Assembly: GCA_041697335.1 (NCBI GenBank)
Contig: JBGUGD010000007.1
Location: 128,001-192,000 of the forward strand
Reading direction: 5' to 3'
DNA: 64,000 nt
From: Vampirovibrionaceae bacterium NZW_1234
Lineage (GTDB): Bacteria > Cyanobacteriota > Vampirovibrionia > Vampirovibrionales > JAGQHJ01
Shown: in pieces, positions 57,786 to 64,000 of the stretch
Layout: the number at the start of each line of letters is the position of its first letter
How positions within the stretch are numbered: the stretch's first letter is position 1
Position numbers and translations under genes: made by a program
Notes under the pieces: generated by a model
What the model saw: the letters and a program-made list of their open reading frames with translations, nothing else
Database searches by the model: none
Told to the model about the DNA's origin: nothing

Positions 57786-59310
57786 CATTAACCATGCAGT
57801 TCAAGAGTCCATCGCCGTCTTCCAGCTCCAGCATGCCGGGGACGGGGATCAGAATCGCCTGTGGGCCATACAGTTTACGATAGGTCTCTAACGCCTCTTT
57901 GTCCTGGGGGCTGTTGCCACCTTGCACTCCGATATACAGAATGGGTTGGCCTGTGTCTGTCTGGTCGGTCACAATATTGACATAGTTGAGCAGGCTGCTT
58001 TTCCCATCCGGTGTGAGCCATAGAGTTGATGAGGGGACGGTTTCAATCTCGAATCCGCCATCAAGCAATTGTTTGCGAGCCCCATTGTAGTACACAAGGC
58101 TTTTTTCATAGCGCTCCCGGGCGAGGTCGGTTTTTGCTGAGGTGAGGTTCAAGGGCGGAACCGGACGACTCAGCACCATCACAGGTTTTCCGGAAGGTCC
58201 CGCACAACCGGGCGTGAACCCCACCAAATCTGCATGATAATCCAGGCCATGCATCGGGAGTTCCGACTCTTTCAAAGTTTCGATATGAGGGTGTAGACGG
58301 CGTCGTTCTTCTGGCGGCATGGTTTTCAATACATCCCCAAAGGTCAGCTTTTGGGTGTTGCCACCAATAAATACCAGGGAGCGAGGGGAATAGCCGAGCG
58401 TCGAAAAAGTGTTGATAAATTCACTCACGGTTTGAACGATACGCTGTGGTAATGGGGTCGGTGCCTGATTCATCCAGATAGCCTGGTGTTCCAGAGAACG
58501 GTAACCAATCAGGAGGCCCGGCCCGTAAGGCGTGTGTATGGGGCGGATGTCCCCGCCTTCAAAATAGAGGGTTGAATGTTGCTTTTCATCGAACCCAATA
58601 CGGGCTTTTACCAGATCGGACGCCACGTGTGACGAATGGCGGTATCCACCTTTGGGCTCCAGCGCCATGCGTTGATTTCCAGAAGGTGTTTTCAGATTTA
58701 GGGCCATCAGATTATCCTGTTGATACCACGTGACGTTGCCTTCAGAGGGGAGCAACCGGACGGTTTTTCTCGGGATTTTCAAGGTCTTGAACAAGGTGGT
58801 TTCCAGCTCCATTAGACGTTCAGGCGTCGTGTGCTTACCATAGGTCAATAAAATGGTGGCATTCGGGTTTTGGGTATGAAGGGCTTTCAGAAATTCGATT
58901 TGAAGAGGATGAAGCCCATCTTGAGACTTCGCCCTGTCATCAATTCCCATCAGGACCGTCTTAATAGGGCCACGCTGCTGGTTTACCAGGGGCATGGTCG
59001 CTGTTGGTTTTAGCCAGCGATATCCATTGCCTGCCTGAATCGGGGGGATTATGGCTTCTGGTGACGACATTGAATGCCTTGGATTGGAAGGCCGGAGTGC
59101 CCAGGCTCCGGAAGCAAGCCCCGAGCTTAGAGCGAGAAACAGGGCGGTCTGTTTTAGTTTGGATCCGCAAAATGAAATGCTTGGCAATGTTGATGGGGAT
59201 AAAGAACCTGTCTTCGTCGTTATAGACCGGGTATGAGGCTGTCCATTTGAAGCACCCCGATAAGGCCTCATCGGCGAATAAGAGCCAGTCCGAATTGCGT
59301 TAAGCTTCAT
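57745..59310 (-). CDS. Pentein-superfamily (agmatine/peptidylarginine deiminase-like) protein
   Basis: WYQQD, FEGGD, HAD, NYVN and C-terminal GLLNC in the order typical of guanidino-modifying enzymes. Confidence 0.65.
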   Translation of the reverse strand: MKLNAIRTGSYSPMRPYRGASNGQPHTRSITTKTGSLSPSTLPSISFCGSKLKQTALFLALSSGLASGAWALRPSNPRHSMSSPEAIIPPIQAGNGYRWLKPTATMPLVNQQRGPIKTVLMGIDDRAKSQDGLHPLQIEFLKALHTQNPNATILLTYGKHTTPERLMELETTLFKTLKIPRKTVRLLPSEGNVTWYQQDNLMALNLKTPSGNQRMALEPKGGYRHSSHVASDLVKARIGFDEKQHSTLYFEGGDIRPIHTPYGPGLLIGYRSLEHQAIWMNQAPTPLPQRIVQTVSEFINTFSTLGYSPRSLVFIGGNTQKLTFGDVLKTMPPEERRRLHPHIETLKESELPMHGLDYHADLVGFTPGCAGPSGKPVMVLSRPVPPLNLTSAKTDLARERYEKSLVYYNGARKQLLDGGFEIETVPSSTLWLTPDGKSSLLNYVNIVTDQTDTGQPILYIGVQGGNSPQDKEALETYRKLYGPQAILIPVPGMLELEDGDGLLNCMVNVIERLPEKERPES

Positions 59311-59528
59311 GAATCCTCATCGAGAGTTGTGGCCATTATCGGGTTGGCATACCTGGCCCTCACGTTTCAACTCCAACCAATGTCTCTCATGTGACGGAAT
59401 CAAGCATCTAAGTCAAGTTTTTTTCTGATTTAGTAGTAAATATTGTAAGGATTTTAAATTGCTGGTGTTTGGGAGTCGTCAAGAACTCTGATAAGGTCTT
59501 TGTGAGGCAGCAAGTTCATCGGAAAAGG

Positions 59529-62132
59529 CTAGTGGGCTTTACGATGTGGCTCATTGCCCATGGCGGCTGCAATACCGGGGTGGGTGTTTTGTCCTGTCAG
59601 ATAGGTGGTCAGTGCATACTGGACCTTGGGAATAATCCAGCCTAAGCCGGCAATGCCAAAGGCAATTCCAATGATGTTGGTGACATAGCGAATATTCCGG
59701 GTAAAGCGAAAGACATAGGCGATCTGATCCTGAATTCGGTTGGGAGTAAGCGGACCTTTTAGCAGGCTTAAACGTGTTGTCAACTGTTTAAGGTAATCGG
59801 CCAGATAGGCTTGAAGCTGGGTGAATTTGTGAGGGTTCTGATAAAATCGGCCATTTTCAGCCAAGGTTCCTGTCAGACGCAGTCCTTGCTTCAAAAGGGG
59901 TACATCGCGTTCAAGCCCTCCGAGGATCAAGGCTTCCAGCTTTTGTAGGGTCATCGACGGGTGTTTGCCGGTCTCGAATGAAAATAGGCGACTGACAGCG
60001 GTAGGGTTCATTTGTTCCAGAATGCGGGTCTTCAGTCGGGCAAAAAGCAGATTCTTGGCTGGATGGGATATCTCTCTCTCCAGTGCGTGTAATACTTTGG
60101 GCAGGGACTGTTTCAGATGACTGCCCTTCTCCAGGGATTGGATACGCTGATAGAGTGCCGGTTCGGTAATGTGAAGCGAAGGTTTCAAAGCTTTTAAATC
60201 GTTCAGAAGGGTTTTTAACGAGTACTGCGGTGCTTTTGTAAGCCCTGAAGCCATGGGACGGGGTGCATATTTCTGGAGTCGGCGCTGATGATGGTCTGTA
60301 AACCCATGGCGGTCTCGCCAGAGATGTTGAAGAAGTTCCTGGGCCTCTTCGTATATCGTTTTTTCCAGTGAAAGGCTTCGGGCCTGGGCTTTCTCCAGCC
60401 AAAGGCTTAAGTCTTCCCCGTGCTTGAGAAGTTTATTGGTGCTGGGAGAAGCGTTGCCTGCCAGGACCAAGGCTCGGCGAACCAAGGCGTTCAGGTGAGA
60501 CATGCCGTCTTGCCGGGCAGTTGTCGTGATTCGTTCTTTTAAAGCGGACCATTCCGATGCACTTAATTTGTATTGCAGATGCTTCATCCCCGGCAAGGAC
60601 AACAGTTCGTGCCCGCTGATGCCCACGCTGTGCTCAAACGCCTGCTTTACGGCAACGGCTACGTCTCGTCGCTGAGAATGACTCAGGCGCGAAAATGCCG
60701 GTTTTGTGCCTTTTTGAATCGTGTCCAGCAGAGACGCGATCTGATCCGTAGAGATACGCCCTGACTTTTTGGGCAACGTCTCTTCAATGGCCTTCAGAAT
60801 CGCGTTCGACTGGTTTGATCCTCCGACATAGCTGGGAACTTCTAGATGCAACCACTCAAGGAAGCCTCGGGTTGGATGTTTTAGTGGGGCTGATCGCAGT
60901 GAAGCCAGGAGTTCGGGTTGAATCTCTTTTAATGTGACAGGAGAGAGACCATGAAACAGGGTATTCAGTTGGGCCATGGTGACGTGCCCCGAGGCATCTT
61001 TCAGGTGGGGCAGCGAGGACTGGATTTTTTGGGTCAGGGCTTCTGCAACCATGGGCTCCAGCATCAGGTTGGTTTTTACAACCGGCTTCAGGGCCAGATT
61101 CATCAACTGCATGCTGTGGCTGACCGCCATGAAGTAGAAATAATAGGACGCCACATCTCTCAACACCACTTCGGCAGACTCAAACGTGCTTCGTCGTGCG
61201 GCGGTGTAGGCACGTCCCCCAATGATTCCGGTATCCAGAACAAACATTCGGCCCAGGTCGGTATCTTGCACCATATGACCGGTCCAGTTCAAGGCGGATT
61301 GTCCCCAGCCCTGGTAGCGAATTTGGCGTAAGGGCTGTTGCGCCGGCAATGGTTTGGTATTGTGAAGTCCTCCTTGGGGCGGAGACCAGGGGGCAAGGCT
61401 AGGCCAATAGTAAGGGTATCCGGAATAAGCGGCCTGAATCCACGATGGAGACTGTGACCTGATGCTGTGGTGGAGGTCAGCCTGTGTCGCGGGTGTGGCA
61501 TTGCCTTGCTGTAGTACAGACGCTAATGCTGGGGTCGCGGATGAAACCGGCCTGGATGCTGAGGCTTTGGACTGGGGAGAGATTTCGGGCTGCGGCGGGA
61601 CAGGCTGTGTTTTGGGTTTCTGGTAGTAGCGCTTAATCAGCCAGTCGGTTTTAAGCTGGTTTAACCAGGGCACCACCAGGGCTATCAACACCACGGCAGA
61701 CAGGACGCTAAAGGCCAGCCGGATGCCTTTGAGCGCAAGAATCCGCTGGGCCACGGTGGTGTTGGGTGCATAACGCTCCAGAGGTTGTAATGCCACACTG
61801 GGCTCTTTCACGGTCCACCCAATCGTCGTGTCCAAATTTTTCCATCGAGGGGGCGATACTTTCTTCTGGGTCCGATCAAACAGCTTTTCCATCCAGCCTA
61901 CGCCCCAGAACCAGAGCGCTGCGACAGAGGCCTCCTCCATAAAGCGCTCCTGGGATTCCAGAAAGCCGCTTCGCTTCCAGCCATTGACAGTTCTGCCGAC
62001 AATATTCCCCGATTCCAGGACAACCGTCGGGAGAAGATTCTCCGGGCTGGAGTTGCTCAGCTTGCTCATCACCTGGATCATCCCGGTAGAGGGCGTCGGC
62101 TTGGCAATCAGCGCTGGAATCTTGTCCCACAT
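59529..62132 (-). CDS. Large membrane protein with internally duplicated module
   Basis: 867 aa; GRTVNGWKRSGFLESQE and GRAYTAARRSTFESAE repeats, each closed by a TM-P-x-LT segment. Confidence 0.8.
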   Translation of the reverse strand: MWDKIPALIAKPTPSTGMIQVMSKLSNSSPENLLPTVVLESGNIVGRTVNGWKRSGFLESQERFMEEASVAALWFWGVGWMEKLFDRTQKKVSPPRWKNLDTTIGWTVKEPSVALQPLERYAPNTTVAQRILALKGIRLAFSVLSAVVLIALVVPWLNQLKTDWLIKRYYQKPKTQPVPPQPEISPQSKASASRPVSSATPALASVLQQGNATPATQADLHHSIRSQSPSWIQAAYSGYPYYWPSLAPWSPPQGGLHNTKPLPAQQPLRQIRYQGWGQSALNWTGHMVQDTDLGRMFVLDTGIIGGRAYTAARRSTFESAEVVLRDVASYYFYFMAVSHSMQLMNLALKPVVKTNLMLEPMVAEALTQKIQSSLPHLKDASGHVTMAQLNTLFHGLSPVTLKEIQPELLASLRSAPLKHPTRGFLEWLHLEVPSYVGGSNQSNAILKAIEETLPKKSGRISTDQIASLLDTIQKGTKPAFSRLSHSQRRDVAVAVKQAFEHSVGISGHELLSLPGMKHLQYKLSASEWSALKERITTTARQDGMSHLNALVRRALVLAGNASPSTNKLLKHGEDLSLWLEKAQARSLSLEKTIYEEAQELLQHLWRDRHGFTDHHQRRLQKYAPRPMASGLTKAPQYSLKTLLNDLKALKPSLHITEPALYQRIQSLEKGSHLKQSLPKVLHALEREISHPAKNLLFARLKTRILEQMNPTAVSRLFSFETGKHPSMTLQKLEALILGGLERDVPLLKQGLRLTGTLAENGRFYQNPHKFTQLQAYLADYLKQLTTRLSLLKGPLTPNRIQDQIAYVFRFTRNIRYVTNIIGIAFGIAGLGWIIPKVQYALTTYLTGQNTHPGIAAAMGNEPHRKAH

Positions 62133-62140
62133 GTTCGTTG

Positions 62141-63532
62141 CTACCTTGCGCTAGGGGAAACGCTTTGACGGGTCCAAAAGAAGTACGCCGGAATCCCGGC
62201 CAGGATAATGCCCAGGCCAATCAAGGCATCTCGGGGGTTAGCCCAGATAGTGTTTACGGTAAGCCAAAGGGCAAAGCCGATAAACAGCAGCGGCGTCCAG
62301 GGATACCCCCAGACCTTGTACGCACGAGGAACATCCGGCTGTGTTCGTCTGAGGATAAACAAGGCTCCGCAGGACAGGGCATAAAACAGCCATGAGGCGA
62401 AGATGACATAGGTGAAGAGCTGCTCAAAACTGCCGGTTAACGTTAATATACAGGCCCAGGAACCTTGAAGAATGAGTGCTGCATAAGGCGCTTTGGTCTT
62501 GGGATGAATGGTTCCGGCCCAGGGAAAGAACTGGCGCTTGCGGGCCATGGCATAAGAAATTCGAGCCCCGGTTAAAATAAACCCGTTATTGGCCCCCAGG
62601 GTCGACAGAATAATCGCCAAGGCCACGAAGCTTGCCCCCCAGAGACCGGTTGCCACTTGGGCCGCATCGGCGGCCACGCGCTCGGACCCGGCCATAACGT
62701 GTGGGGCCAGTAAATGCAGGTAGGCGATGTTAATAAGCAGATAAAGGCCAATAACCATTGCTGTTGATGCCACCAGAGCCTTGGGCAAGGTTTTCTGAGG
62801 CTCGGCCACTTCACCGGCGACATAGGTAATCTGAATCCACCCGTCATAAGCCCATAAAACGGCAACCATGGCGGTGCCAAAGGCTTGAAACCAGGATGCC
62901 GAGTGATCGGTGCTAAATAACGGTGTAAAGTGCCCCCAAGACCCCGCAGGCAGGCCCAAGCCCATCAAGATGAGCAGCCCCAAGGCGCCGATTTTGAGCA
63001 GGGTCAAGGTGTTTTGGACTTTTGCACCGGATTGCACACCCAGTGTATTGATAACCGTCAAGAGTAGTACGGAGACGATAGCAACCCCTTTAATGCCCCA
63101 AGGGCTTAAAGGAATGAAATAGCTCAGGTACAAGGCAAAGGCGGTTCCTACGGCAGCAATAGAAGCCGTATTAATGACGGCAAACCCTGTCCAGCCGGAA
63201 AGAAAACCAACCAGCGGGCTGTAGGCCGAGCTCAGGTAAACAAACTGTCCACCGGCCTGAGGCATCATTACGCCGAGTTCCGCAATGGACAAGGCCCCCA
63301 TCATGCTGACCAGGCCGCCAATAATCCAGGCTGCCAGCATGTCGCCCGGCATCCCCAGGGCCAGTGCTACTGAGGCTGGGACAAAGAAAATGCCCGAACC
63401 AATCATGCTGCCCATATTGATCATAAGGGCATCCAGGAGTTTTAGGCGCCGCGGCAATTCTTCCATGCTTTCAGACGTCATCGACGATGGCGTGGCTTCC
63501 ATGGGGTGCCCCCCTGAGATGGCATTGGTCAT
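62141..63532 (-). CDS. APC family amino acid permease (LAT/SteT-like)
   Basis: GSMIGSGIF, AELG...PQAGG, WAYDGW and GYPWTP. Confidence 0.93.
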   Translation of the reverse strand: MTNAISGGHPMEATPSSMTSESMEELPRRLKLLDALMINMGSMIGSGIFFVPASVALALGMPGDMLAAWIIGGLVSMMGALSIAELGVMMPQAGGQFVYLSSAYSPLVGFLSGWTGFAVINTASIAAVGTAFALYLSYFIPLSPWGIKGVAIVSVLLLTVINTLGVQSGAKVQNTLTLLKIGALGLLILMGLGLPAGSWGHFTPLFSTDHSASWFQAFGTAMVAVLWAYDGWIQITYVAGEVAEPQKTLPKALVASTAMVIGLYLLINIAYLHLLAPHVMAGSERVAADAAQVATGLWGASFVALAIILSTLGANNGFILTGARISYAMARKRQFFPWAGTIHPKTKAPYAALILQGSWACILTLTGSFEQLFTYVIFASWLFYALSCGALFILRRTQPDVPRAYKVWGYPWTPLLFIGFALWLTVNTIWANPRDALIGLGIILAGIPAYFFWTRQSVSPSAR

Positions 63533-63574
63533 TAATTGCGTTTCCCCCTGTCGCTCCCCCTGACATCAATCGAT

Positions 63575-64000
63575 CTATTCTATTCCTCGGCACCGCTCCA
63601 GAAACTGAACCTTTGCCTGGTGTTGCTCACTGCGCTTCATGCCCAGTCGATAGGCTTCCTTCAACAAATTTTGGAAGTGGTATACGCCTTCTTCGCGCTT
63701 TACGGAAAATCGGCCCTGATGATACACCCCGGATTCCAGATTTTTCTGGACATGTTGGCAGATTTCGATGTCCTGCTCCTGAACAACATCGCTATAGGCC
63801 AGGTCCTCCTCAATCATTTTTCGGGCCTGGGGTGATGTCGTGTCGTCGTAGAAATAATCAAAAACCACCTGAGAGCGGTCCGGCCCCACGGGGACCACGA
63901 TATTGGTCTGGACCCGCGATGGCATGATATTGAGCATCATGTTCGGGAAAATAAAGTAGTAGAAGACCTGGTCTCCCCCGTAAAAATTGTCCTGGCCCTT
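63575..64000 (-). CDS. C-terminal part of a Rieske oxygenase alpha subunit (choline monooxygenase-like)
   Basis: Frame open to the window edge: YYFIFPNMMLN...VQEQDIEICQHVQKNLES...REEGVYHF. Confidence 0.85.
   Translation of the reverse strand, partial: KGQDNFYGGDQVFYYFIFPNMMLNIMPSRVQTNIVVPVGPDRSQVVFDYFYDDTTSPQARKMIEEDLAYSDVVQEQDIEICQHVQKNLESGVYHQGRFSVKREEGVYHFQNLLKEAYRLGMKRSEQHQAKVQFLERCRGIE

Noticed and set aside
1..64000. CRISPR arrays, transposases, prophage, rRNA
   Set aside because: No regularly spaced repeats or hallmark genes were seen.

Overview
A 64 kb bacterial chromosome segment. Gene content and protein style suggest a non-photosynthetic cyanobacterial relative (Vampirovibrionia/Melainabacteria-like); this is inference and no marker gene proves it. 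Recognisable blocks: a beta-oxidation operon with an acyl-CoA dehydrogenase/acyl-CoA ligase fusion, a metX-metB methionine operon, tpx, a GH13 glucanase, an Hpt protein and NarL-type regulator, a ~15 kb ulosonic-acid (NeuB/KdsC/NeuA) surface-glycan cluster ending at tRNA-Leu(TAG), and many lineage-specific proteins. Two features stand out. (1) Two independent, previously unannotated Met-codon-rich leader peptides, each with six ATG in eight codons then Pro-Phe, an antiterminator and a terminator. One precedes metX-metB and the other a SAM hydrolase (DUF62), which points to ribosome-mediated transcription attenuation sensing methionine. (2) A recurrent N-terminal extension ending in (L/P/V)RFG or F-x-G on about nine unrelated proteins. 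In a Zn-phospholipase C/S1-P1 family protein the motif sits directly before the Trp that must be the mature N-terminus, suggesting a cleaved export/processing signal. Also found: twin Fur-like boxes and a duplicated tpx promoter flanking an inserted FkbM gene.
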